From Mobula hypostoma (lineage: Eukaryota): a stretch of 64,000 nucleotides of DNA. Shown here one piece after another: positions 11,160-23,659 of this stretch; the stretch's first letter is position 1, and every line of letters begins with the position of its first letter. The stretch is taken from the NCBI RefSeq assembly GCF_963921235.1, contig NC_086102.1, forward strand, positions 28,458,001-28,522,000. Direction: 5' to 3'. A model generated the notes under the pieces. That model did not search any database and was not told the origin of the DNA. It worked only from the letters and a program-made list of their open reading frames with translations. The position numbers and the translations under genes were made by a program.

Positions 11160-14100
11160 ATAATTTCAAATCAGTAACTTTTTTAATATAAAATAAATCA
11201 ATGAACAACTTGCAATTTTCACAGGAAAAACATTGAAGTTCCCCAGATGAATCACTGAAACTTAAACAGATAAATTTATTACATTTCTAAACCCTGCTTT
11301 CACAGACTATATTCAGACCTGTTAAAATGTCATAGGAGCAAAAATAAGTAGCAAATTACCACTGGAGATTCTATCAATGTTCCATGGAAGTTTAAGGGAT
11401 ACAAAACTGGCAAGATCACTGGAAATTTTAAAACTTTAGAGATGGGCAAAGATTGGATTCAAGTTTTGTCATTGCTTGACCATGCTGCACTTGAACTTTC
11501 ATAGATTGAGAATAGTGCAATTTGTAAAGGGCTCTAAATATGGCGTTTTGTATTTTAAACTGGATATACCGGACAGTGCTGAGCGCAGAATGTCCAATCA
11601 ATGATAAAACTTGCATCCAAGCCTTTCTAATCTCTAAAAGTTTAAACATTTCCAGTGTACCTGGCCAGTTTTGTAACCCTTGAACTTCCATGAAACATAG
11701 CTATACTGTATGAATGTCACTCTTCCCAATTTCTGAAGCTTTCTCCCATTTTACAAACTCACTCAATCTCCCTATATTTTTAATCTGCCCTTTTATATGC
11801 CTCCTCTAGAGTCATGGGTGGATAAAAATATGAGACTCTATGGAAACTGATCTCGTGTTCTTTTGAGTTTTTTCTTTAAGTATATAAAAATCATAACCAT
11901 AACATGAAAAGATCAAACGTTTTCCCTTTCTAGAAGACATTCAAAAGTCAAAAGGGATAAACTTTTTTTACTTGAAAGAAAATAATCATGTTGGATGTGT
12001 TTGTCTTCATGATGTTGTCAAAACAAAATGATTTGATACTAGATTTTAATTTGATCACACCACTTGTAAAGAAGAGATAAAGTGCTATTCATTTGAAAAT
12101 ATTGCTAAAACTATATGTGCCTAAATACTGGTGGTTTAAAAAATACTGAATATATCTACAGGAACTTTGCAAATAAATAACATTATGACAGGTAAATCTG
12201 AACATACTGCCCACTTGTTCAGTGATGTATGGGATAGCAGAGCTACAGGTAATCACTGGTATTGTTATATAAATTAACTATTATCAGCAGAAATTAGTTC
12301 AGGAGCCTTACTTCATTTATTTCAATTTCACAAATCTATGAATGTTTAGATCATTCTGTTTCATCTTTTAAAGTAACAATTTGTCATCATAATCAATGAC
12401 AACTCTTAAGGCTGACTTGTGGATCTATATCCACGAGATCACATTACATTCTTCATAGTTGACTGATGTGTGTTAAATAAAAGTCATCATTCACAAGTAT
12501 GCAGTTATTGAACCGTTTAACAGAACTATATTTCTTCAGCATGATAAGGTAAACTCTCCAATGAAGGATATTAAAACAAGAAAGAATTTAGATTTTCAAG
12601 AGCTGCCTGATTGAGTTGAATTAGTTTATTCCCATGTGGATTATGAATGTTGTTGGCAAGGTCAGCATTTCATGCCTAAGCCTAAATGTCCCTAAAAAGA
12701 GGATGGTGAGCTATCTTCCAGAAATGTGCAATCCTTGAATGCACACCAGTATTATGATTTGACAAGGGGTATCCACCAAAAATAAAGATATCTTTGCAAA
12801 TCTGATTAGCAATGTGACTTCCGAAGAACTTGCAGGTATTATTGTTCCCAGATGCCTAATTTTCTCTTTGGTTTGGGAATTCATATATTAGAAAATATTT
12901 TATGCATGAAAATGGGGTTGAGTTTATGCATGAAAATGGTGGAGCAGACTTAATGGGCCAAATAGTCTAATTCTGCTCCTATGTCTTATGGTTTGAAAGA
13001 TCACTCATTCAATGTGTCTGGCTGAGGAATGATTGCAAGCATTTCAGCCCTTTTGGTTATACTTAAGTGCTGAACTCTGCCATTGAGAAGGATGGGTTAC
13101 CCATTCATGGTCCTCTTCCAGCTTCCTGGTCATTATTAGTAATCCTACAGTGTGGAGCTTATTGCCAATGCCAGTGGCAAGTTATTTATGTTCACTGCTA
13201 ACCTATACATAATCTTTTGTGGATCCACTGATGCTGACTTGCTGCTAGTTGCCATCCACATCCTCACAGATGAGGCCAAGCATGCTAAGTAACATAATGT
13301 CATCACATAATACCTGTAAGAACTTTCACCACTGGCAAACCAATCAACTTGTTATTTTAAATGCTGCTAAATTTTCCTGACATCAGAAGCAGTCAAATTA
13401 TTTGAAAAATATTAAGAAGAAATGAAATAATTAAAAATAAAATGATTAAAAGTTTACAAAAATAACGATTAAGTTAACTTAAAAGCACTTTTAAATAAAT
13501 AAAAACATGGAAGTAGAATTAACTTTAAATGAAATGCTGTATATTAACTATCCTACCCTTCTCCCTGGCAACTGTTCCTCTCCATCTGGATGAATATGCT
13601 CAGGGTCTGTGTCAGATTAAACCTGCCGCAGGTTCACCAGGCAGGCTCCCTGGTACAACCGGTGGCAAATTAAAGCAAGTACACCCTCTGCCATGACAGG
13701 TTCAGCATATAACACAGTTATGAATCATTGGTAAAGCTCAGCCAGCATTTCTGCTTGCATTTCCCAAACTTGGTGGCACTTACACTGAGAAAGGCATGCA
13801 ATTTTATGTGTTGTTGGCACTTCCCAGCACACTGCGGCCAAAGGAATTCTTCAATGATTCAATATCCCATGAGATCCCGTATCGAAAGTACTAAACCTTA
13901 TCAGTTATGACAAACACAACATCAAAGCTATCAGTAAGATTAGGAATTTGCTGGTGTGGGAAATTGCAACACAGAGATTTGAGCTACAATTCAAAGTGCA
14001 ATATGAAGATATAAAATACTTTGAGTTGGTCATAGAGCTATACAGCAGAGACACAGGTGCTTTAGTGACTGGCTCAATGCAAACTGCCATGCCTATCTAC

Positions 14101-14197
14101 ACGAATCTCACAGAAGGAAATAAAGAAATCTATTGTGCAGTCGGAACCATTTCTCCCTCAAAATAAATATGTTAATGCTGAAATGACTCATTCTTAC

Positions 14198-14341
14198 CAC
14201 ATATATAGATGACACTGAGATACTTCTGCATTCCAGGTAAACAAGGGTCTCCAAAATAGTGGCTGCTGACAACAATTTTACAGTTTTGTTTACCGTAACA
14301 GCTTGTTGCTACAACTTCCAAGGCACTATGTGACAAACACT
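14198..14341 (-). CDS. EVA1C: EVA1C coding exon (C-terminal part of SUEL domain 2)
   Basis: Acceptor cctgtattacag|AG, donor TGTG|gtaaga; 144 nt, phase 1->1. Translates (E)CLSHSALEVVATSCYGKQNCKIVVSSHYFGDPCLPGMQKYLSVIYIC. Confidence 0.96.
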
Positions 14342-15569
14342 CTGTAATACAGGAAAACAATAAATAAATTAACAAATACATGAACAATTCACATATGTTG
14401 TGTAAGTATACTCTTAATCTATCTTCAGATGGGCTCAGAATCACATATATGGGGGTATGGGGAGAAGGCAGTGGAGTGTGGATGACTGGAAGAATTGGAT
14501 CAGCCCATGATTGAACGGCGGAGCAGACTCGACGGGCCGAATGGCCTACTTCTGCTCCTACATCTAATGGTCTTATGGTCTTATATAGAGACAGCAATGA
14601 CTCTGGTCTTGCCAATGCAACCAACAACTACAAAAGGGTATTTTTGTGAGTGAATGAATTGATGGAAGAGGGCCAAGAATGAATGCAAATCCAAACAGGC
14701 CACATTTTGGACTATACTTTTTATAGTACTTTCTTTGAGTATTCGGAATTTTTTTTTACCTTTTCAGTGCCTTTTAATATGTTTATTTTAATGTCCTAAG
14801 TTTTCTCCTCTCCTAATCACAACTGATACATAGCTAAATTAGGAAAGTTTCTAGGCCATTTCAAGATTATGGACAAGCCACCTCATATGCCTCCTATTAA
14901 GACGGTACCTAGAAGCAATAATGTGCTATCAAGAAAGATGCCTTTTTATAAAAATACGTTGGTTAGAATATTTTGTGTATTCACAATTAAAACTACACAA
15001 TTTTTTCACCCTTGTTACATGGAGAATGCAAAAAAATCTATAAAACCAGAGATTAATTCACTTTTAAATAATTTGATCTTCATTACTAGCTTTGTTAGAA
15101 CTTCTGACAGTGGTCCAACAAACCATTGTCATGGTTTACAACAACAATAAGCCTGCTTGTGTTATTCCTTGCCTCTCTCTTAAAACTCACAACATACAAA
15201 GTTTAAAGCCTTTCCTTCTTTTAAAACAACAATTTCCTCACTTTTTCTCAAGCATGTGTTGTTCTCCAGCTAAGATTGAAAACCTGTCTAGTAGCAGAAT
15301 GTTGCAAATCCACTTGCATTCTAATTTTTTTGCTCCATCCTAATGTCTGTGCTGTGACCCTCAGATAACTCCTAAAGTCTGTACTACCTCCTCAGTACAG
15401 TTTACAATACTGATGCTCTGCTTAACAGTTATAGAGCAGATTTTATCTGATTTAAGTAACTTTTGTTTCATATCGACATCTGCTCCAAACATCACCAAAG
15501 GAGTGTTTGATATTTTCAGCTCAGCGTGTAGTATGTGACCATTTCAAGCACGGCCTCACATAAAAATAT

Positions 15570-15755
15570 TCACAAGACCAGACAGCATACATGGAAAGAG
15601 AATCAGTTTATGTTGCGAGTTCAGAGTTCTTCATCAGAACTGGTGAGGAATCCTAGAACTTAAACGTTAACTGCTTCTTTTTTCATAGATGCTGCCTGAC
15701 CTGCTGAGTATTTCTTGCATTTTCTGTTTTTATTTTGGATTTCCAGCATCTGTAA
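15570..15755. mobile_element. Old fold-back PLE-end insertion
   Basis: TTCATCAGAAC|TGGTGAGG junction, then AAACGTTAACTG...GATGCTGCCTGACCTGCTGAG...TTTCCAGCATCTG. Confidence 0.65.
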
Positions 15756-16179
15756 TTTAAAAAAAAAATTTCAGTCTCACAATGCTTTAGCTTATTATCA
15801 GCTGTTAAATAACTGAAACCAACATGAAACAAAATAGTTTCAGAACTTACTGGTTATTTAAAAAATGCAGTCTGCCCTGTGAATCTTTTGGCAACACTTA
15901 AATAATTTATTATCATTTGCATACCAGTATAGCTTTGATAAACATACATTAGCAATCCTTACCATGTGGAATAGAATCTACAACAGAATTCAAAATCTTC
16001 AAGAATTTACAGATAATATTTTAAGTTCTTAAAAATAAAAGATGTGCTCAGAAAAAACAGCCTGAATTAACAAGAAAATAAGGCTTTAGGCATTTTTATA
16101 ATGTAAAATCAGTTCTGCATCCAATCCAAATACCACTTTTTTTGTAATATAATTAGAAAATGAGAACAAGTGAAAGTGC

Positions 16180-16241
16180 GAGAGAGCAAGAGCGAGAGAG
16201 AGCGAGAGTGTGTGTGTGTGTGTGTGAGAGAGAGAGCGAGT
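16180..16241. repeat. Compound (GA)n/(GT)n microsatellite
   Basis: Seen directly. Confidence 0.9.
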
Positions 16242-17189
16242 GAGCCCCTGGTATCTCTCCTGGCATCTCCACAATCACACTAGGCTCACACCTCCTGCTC
16301 CTGCACTGGATCTATACTCCAGATTAGATGATTCTGAAACCTGTGGTCTGGAAACAGAAACGAACAAATTAAAGATCTTTTCCTTCCCCTCAGGCCATAT
16401 CAGATTTTCCATCACTTTGTTAATTAAAAGCTGTCGTTTCCTCAGGAATTTGTGGAAAAAAAAATCTATCAGTTTTGGCCCTGAATCAAACCCAAGGTTA
16501 ACAAGTAATCATTTTGACACTGGTTGTAATGCCTTAGCAACATTATGTATAAAAAATGCAGAGTGGTTGTAATGACCGTGAATTCCCCTCCTGGTGTCAT
16601 TAAACCCACGTGTCAGTTGCCATTCTGAGCAAGCATAAAGCAGAAAGGAAACATTTCAGAACGGAAGAATTTTCCAGTTGCATGTACATCTTTGGAACCA
16701 TCATGGAATCCTTAATAAGGATCCTGCTTGTCTTTGCTGCTTACATAGAACATAAAACAGTACAGCATAGTGCAGGCTGTTCAGCCTATGATATTTTAGC
16801 CTACCCCAAGACCTATCTAACACATTCCCCTCACATATAATAGCTCTCCATCTTTCTTTCATTCATGCCAATCTGAGAGTCTCCAAAACCTCCCTAACAT
16901 AACTGTCTCTACCACCAACACCGTTAGTGCGTTCCAAGCACCCACCACTCTCTGTGTAAGTTACCTGCCTCTGACATCTCTATACTTTCTTTCAATCAAC
17001 TTAGAGCTATGCCCTCTCGTACTAGCCATTGCTGTCCTGGGGAAAAAGCTGCCACATGACCTCTCCATCTATGCCTCTTATCATCTTATACACTTCTGTC
17101 AATTCACCTCTCAATCTCCTTCGGTCTAAAGATAAGAGCCCGAGATCACTCAGCCTTTCCTCACATTCAGGCAGCAATGAATTACAGAC

Positions 17190-18180
17190 CGACATGTGTG
17201 TTCTGGTTATCCAAGTAGTTAAGAACAGAGTGGAAAGCCAGTAAGATAATGCCTGCTGCAGGTCGATTGTGTGGAAAGCTGAAGTGAAACAGATTCAGGT
17301 CCTTACTGAGGCAGGGGTTTATTTGAAAATATAACCAACCTCTCAAAGCATTTCATTACAGTGGGGGTAAGCACTACTGGATGGTAGTTATTGTGTCAGG
17401 CCACCCTGCTTTTCTTGGGCTCTGGTACAACGGGTGCCATCTTGAGGCATGTGGGATCCTCAGACTGCAAAACTCAGAAGCTGAAGGTGTCCCTGAAAAT
17501 TTCGGCCAGATGGTCAGTGCACAATTTTAGCTCTTTGGTATGTCATGAGAGCCTGATGCCATCTCATGAAGGATGTTCTGAAGTCAGCCTCGAGGACTGA
17601 GGCTGCTTTCAGAACTGACATGGGGTCATCAGGTGATGTGCATACTTATACACATGTAGAATTATTCTTCCTCTCAAAGCATTAAACACATCAGGGTGTG
17701 AAGTTTATTGGTGCTTATTGTATTCGTTCTCACTTTGTAGGAGGTGATGGTATGGAAGCCCTGCCACAGCTGAGCAGTGTCCATTCATGCCTCCAGCTTC
17801 ATCAAAAAAAAAATTGCCTCTTCATTCTTATTTTGGCCTTCTGGAGGTCATACCGGGACATCTTTCAGTTCCCTGCATTGCCCATCATGAACTCCACAGG
17901 TCTAACCCTCAGCAGACTACAATCTCCTGATTCATACGGGACTTCTGGTTTGGGAAGACTTGGTACGTTTTTGTGGGCACACACTCATCCACGCAGCTCT
18001 TGAAGAAACTGGTGATGCCTGTGGCATATTCCTTCAGATCCATTGATGAATATAGTCCAGGTACTGCTTTAAAGCATCGTGTATACATTCCTCCATCTCC
18101 CTTGGCCATCCCTTCCTGGTCCTCTCCACTGGTGCACCCACACACCTCAATCTCTGCCTCTATGCAGAAAGCAGAAGCAT
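17190..18180 (-). mobile_element. Degenerate Rex1/Babar LINE internal fragment
   Basis: EYATGITSF..CVDECVPTKTYQVFPNQK, typical of the Rex1 pre-RT region. Confidence 0.75.
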
Positions 18181-19399
18181 GACCTAAAAATGATTTCAGC
18201 ATGGGCTAGATCGTCCAAAGGGCCTGCTCTGTGCTGTACCTCTATGACCCTAGGACCTGGTGATCTGATTTCCCCAAGTGTGGGCATGGATGGCATTTTC
18301 TAACAAAAACAAAAAGGCTGGAAATACTCAGCTCAGCAGGCATTACTTAGAAGAACCCAATTATTATTTTCCAAGCATTGTTAATTTCTCCATTTGTACA
18401 ATGGATTTTGTAATGTGCATTAAAATAGTCTTGAATTAATTAATTAATTAGCCAAGATAATGACATGTTTTTAAGGGTGAATGACAAAATTAGAAATATG
18501 TACATCTCAAGCTAGGCTGAGCACCATTAACATAAAGTGAATGCATGTTTGTATGACTATGGATGTAGATAATTACAGTATTTGCATAATGAGGACTTCT
18601 CTGTCTATTTTATTACCACTTACATCTGTTATAATCAGTAGCTACTTTATTAGATACACCTGCAAAAAACTGTGCAAATCCAAAAGAGACAAAATCATAA
18701 TAATAATTAAAAAATAAATAAGCAATAAATAATGAAAACATGAGATGAAAAGTCCTTGAAAGTGATATCATAGGTTGTGGGACATTTCAGTGATGGGGCA
18801 AGTGAAGTTGTGAAGTTATTCCATCTTCAGAAAAATCCATCTCAGATAAATTTGGATTGATAACAATTGTTGATATTTTATATACTGCACAATTTCTTCT
18901 TTCTCTTCCATTGATTTTTTTTACCTCCACAATATAGAGGTGTCACCATAATAATTTTGACCAGTCTGAGCTAACATATTGTTTTAAGCAGCCATTCTCT
19001 TCAAAAACATTTGGCATTGTGGTATGAATCCAATTGCACAATTTTCCTGATGCTTCATGTACAAAACAGAAAGTTCAAAAATTCAGTGTTTAACAACAAA
19101 TTGATATGCATAAGCGAAAGGGGAGAATATTAGAGAAAGCAGGAAGTAAATATTCTTCATCTCCAGTAGAGATATTGTCAACCAATGTCAGTACTAAGTC
19201 AAAGGTCTGATGTAGAAAGGAAAACGCAGACTCATGATCCTACTTCTCTGCCCCACAAACCATTCAGATCAAAACACTCCACACTAATCCTGCATGACCT
19301 CAAGGAGTTTCAGTTTGATGGAAAATTTAGCTAATCTTCTACTATGTAGAACTGAAATAAGATTAATTACATGTTTGGTGCTCTGTTATACAAGAAACA

Positions 19400-20720
19400 T
19401 AAGTAATATGAGCAGCACCATTCATCAAAACCGTGGTTTGTCTTCTATCTCAGTGCCATTTCCTTTGATTTTATTAATAACCAGAAATATATCAATCTCT
19501 GTTTTGAATGAACTCAATAAATGAGCTTTCATGTCATCTGGGGCAGAGAAATCCAAAGGTTCACTACCATTCAGGAAGGTATTTCCCCTCATTTCAGTCC
19601 TTCATTACTTATCCTTTCTGCTCAGATTCTGATGCCCGATTCTAAGGTCCTCAGCTACTGGAAACATCCCTCCTGCATCCTATTGTTCAAATCTAAGAAT
19701 TTTGCAAATTTCAATTAGATAACCTTTTATTCTCCGGAATTCTACAGCATATAGGCCTAATCTACTCAATCTCTTCATATACAGCAGTCCACCATACCTG
19801 GAACCAGTCCAGTGAATCTTTGCTGTACTCCCGTATTTCAAATATGCAGTTTTTTTACATAAGAAGATAAAACCTTTACACAATGCTTTAGGCACAGTCC
19901 CACCAAGGCCGTAAATAATTGCAATATGACATCTCTACTCCTATGCTAAAGTCCTGCCAAAGTGAAGGCCAACATACCATTTGCCTTCTTAATTAAAAAA
20001 TAGATGCAACTTTACTGTTTTGTGCACCAAGGTAGATACCTTCATATATCCCCATCTACTATGTTGTGATCCAGTTTATTTTTTGATTTAGAGACAGAGT
20101 GCAGAACAGGCCCTTCCAGCCCCACCCAGCATCTCACTGATTTAACCCTAGACTAACCTCAGGACAATTTACAATGACCAATTAACCTACCAACTTGTAC
20201 ATCTTTGAACTGTGGGAGGAAACCGGAACACATGGAGGAAACCCACATGCCCACTTGCTTACAGAGGACGCTGGAATTGAACTCCAAACTCTGTCACCCC
20301 GAGCAGTAAAACGTCTCGCTAACTGCTACACTACCATGGCGGGCTAGCTGTTTATCATGTCTTTGCATTTTCCTTCATGCTCACAATCCCACTTTGTTTT
20401 GTTTTATGATATTATCATCAGCAAACTACGAAACGTGCACTTGGTCCTCTTGGCCAAATCATTGGTACAGATTGTGAATGGACTCAAGCATTGATCCCTG
20501 TGGTACTCCGTTAGTCACACCCTGTCAATGTGAGAAAAAAAATCCCCATTTGTTTTATTTGTGTTAACTAATTCTCAATTCCCTGTATTTTCACATTGCC
20601 ACATCTTATCAAAAGCTTTCTGAAAATTTAAATACAGCATATTCAATAACTTATTCTTGTGCAATCATATTCCCAAACAGTACTAATAGATTACTCTAAT
20701 ATGATTTCCTTTTCATAAAT
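19400..20720 (-). mobile_element. Old CR1 fragment with a nested SINE (~20085-20345)
   Basis: RLSRLGLYAVEFRRIKGYLIE; the SINE carries a minus-strand V-domain (GTGGGAGGAAACCGGA on the plus strand). Confidence 0.7.
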
Positions 20721-21309
20721 CCATGCTGCCCTGTTATTCTTTCCTGGATTTTTCATTGTTGCATCTTTCTTTCCAGATTCCAGTGTCTTCCCTTCTACTT
20801 ATATTAGGCTAACAAATTAGTGACCTTTTTTCTCTGTTTTCTCTTTCCCATCTTTTTGAAAATGTGTTTTTTTCTAAAATGGACGTTTTTGTTCTATTTG
20901 TATTATTTCACTTCATTAAACAATACAGCCTCTTGCTAAAGTACACATTCAAAAAAGTATTAGACTCTGCAGTTCCTTGAAGTATTTAATGACCTTAGGA
21001 GTCCACTTCATCACTGCTGTTGATTTAATGCTTGCCAGAATATTACACAATTTACAAGGAACTCAATGGGAACAAGGACAATCAAATTCTTTACATGACC
21101 GTATTTCTAAATCAGTATTTTTCAGAAACTGATATCAAAAAGTTACTTTAGGCAAGTTTAGATGACAACCTTTATCTTTTTCCTTAACTGGAGTTTAAAC
21201 CAAGTGATTTACCTGATCCAAATTCCTTTAAATCTGTGCATGAACGTCATGTTTAATATATTGGCAAATGCACATTCTTTGAAACATATATTTAAAAAAA
21301 ATTTTCTAA

Positions 21310-21442
21310 TGTCCTCATGAGAGGTCTCAACCTGAAATGTTAACTGCTTATTCCCCTCCATAGATGCTGCCTGGCTTGATAAGTCTTCCAGTATTTTGTG
21401 TGTGTTACTTAAAGTTTTCAGCATCTGCAGAATCTCTTGTGT
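21310..21442 (+). mobile_element. PLE 3'-end fragment with decayed hammerhead
   Basis: GTCCTCATGAGAGGTCTCAACCTGAAATGTTAACTG...GATGCTGCCTGG...CAGCATCTGCAGAATCTCTTGTGT. Confidence 0.75.
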
Positions 21443-23443
21443 ACAATGTGTCTATTTTCAAGTTATTTTGAAAAACACTCTTCTTGGGGTTTGAAATAAT
21501 GCCAGGAACATTTTAGGTAAACAGAACATGCTTTTCTGTTATTTAAAAAGGCACCACTTACATGCTTAACAGCACAGGATTCCAAATGTATTGAACTACT
21601 GATTATCCAGAAAAAAATGTTAGCTGTGTGTGTGGGGTGGGTTGGAAAGGGGGGTAGTGGATGTGACATCAGTTGTATATGGAGAGTAAAGACAGCAGGA
21701 TATAGCTTCAGCTTCCTTCCTTGTATAAAGAAACAGCATGATCTTTTCAAGATCTCAGTGACTGTTATTTTTTTTCTGATATTTTCTTTGTATTTTTGAA
21801 TTGAAAGACTCAACATAAACTCAAGCAACAAGGACCCTTCCTTTACACAAAAAAATTGTTAACTATTTTAAACTCAAGTAATCCCTTGATGGCTCTTTCA
21901 GTTAGTTCAGTGCTCAGTTTGGAGTGGCAACACACTTAACAAAAAATCAATTCAATTGCTGGAAAATCCTGAGCTAGCTTTGGCAGAGCTTTGGCTGTTT
22001 CTGGGTGAGAGAAAAATCAACCAGAGGTTATCTGCATGAAATACTGCTTGTTGAATTTTCCTAAAATGTGCCTTTACACTCTTTACCTCAATTTGCACAA
22101 TTTTGAAGATGGTTATTGAGGGGTACTACAGAGTACTTCCACTTGCCCTTTTCCTCCTTGTGTATGCCTCTGACTCCTTACTCCTGCTGACGTTATGCCA
22201 AAGTCGACTATATGAATTTTGTGGGCTCTGCAGCATCACCCTGGTATAAGAACCGAAGCTAGTTTCAGCAAGTCTCAGTTATTTAACTGTCCTTTTTGAG
22301 TTATTGGCAACTTACGTGCATTTAATAACAGAGCAATCAATTGAATGAGGTTTTGATCCAATTTAGATTAATGTCTTCTGGAGCAATTTTGGATGTTAAA
22401 TGTGTCCTGGGTTGCAATAATTCAAAATGATGAAAATACATTTGGCAACCACTTTCATTATTTTAATATATAATTGCAATATGCTTACTTAAGTGGTTGG
22501 CAATGGCTAGATAATGAACTTGGACAGGTATATCCTCACCTAAAGTAAGAAAGATCTCTCTTAATTACTTGGAAGTCCATTAATATCATGACACAATTGA
22601 ACCTCTGTCTCAGTGATGTTTCTGCAACGCCACACAACTTCTCTGATCTGGAAAAGGAACAAGTTAAATTTGGAAAAATCATTCCCACAAGTGCTTACTG
22701 ATGTTAGGGATTTTAAAACTTAAAGCTTAATTTTCTTACAGCTCATAGTATTCTTCTCAGTCTTTTTTTCTCCCTCCTTACCCTATCTTTCTATGTCCAC
22801 TTATTTCCTTTGTGTATTTGATTTGATTTGATTTTCCCATTTCCTTCTTTACTATTCTCGGTTTCATTTTGACTCCTTAAGAAAGGACACTGCTGGCATC
22901 TTAGTTCATCAAAGTCTCATCTGCTCCTTTATCAGGGCACATCCAGTAACTACACAGCAAAATGTTCTGAGTTGATAGGGTGAGGAAAATATTTTAACAG
23001 GGCACACCTCAACTCTACAAATGCTAAGAAAATGATCTAATGTGGAATATTCTACATTTTTTATTCAATATATTGGAGATTGATGACTAACAAATAGCGG
23101 TTATCTTTTCTGTCACCAGTCCACATGTGGGAAAGTAAACTCAAGCATTTCTGTTCATGAGCACAACATTATTCCATCACTGATGTTGCAATCCTGCATG
23201 CCAACTTCGATAAAAGTAATTTGAATCAGATACCATTCGTTTTTGAGAAAGTAGTTCAGTAGATTCTAGGGACCCAATTCAATACTGTTGGCTTCTACAA
23301 GAGAGTTTATTTTACTCTTATTTACACCTTCTGCGGCCATTCCTCTTGTTACCCACTAAACTCGACCAGCAGGTTCCAGCATCACTTCTGTCAGATTTTC
23401 CTGCAGTCTATTCTACCACAAATGCTGCCTTCTGTTCTCACCA

Positions 23444-23659
23444 ACACAAGAAATTCTGCAGATTTTGGAAATCCAAAGCAACACACAGAAAATGCTGGAG
23501 GAACTCATGTACTTCTTCCTCCACGCCCCTCACTTCTTACTCTGACTTCTCATCTTTCTTTTCAGTCTTGAAGGGTCTCAGCCCAAAACTTTGACTGTTT
23601 ACTCTTTGCCATAGATGCTGCTTGGCCTGCTGAGTTCCTCCAGCATTTTATGTGTGCTG
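23444..23659. mobile_element. Fold-back PLE-end insertion (older)
   Basis: Short inverted arm plus a longer arm with a decayed hammerhead; 15-bp TSD CTTCTGTTCTCACCA (23429-23443 / 23660-23674). Confidence 0.85.

Noticed and set aside
13948-14166. Protein-like 72-aa plus-strand ORF next to an EVA1C exon
   Set aside because: Non-ATG start, no recognisable domain, intronic and antisense; consistent with chance.
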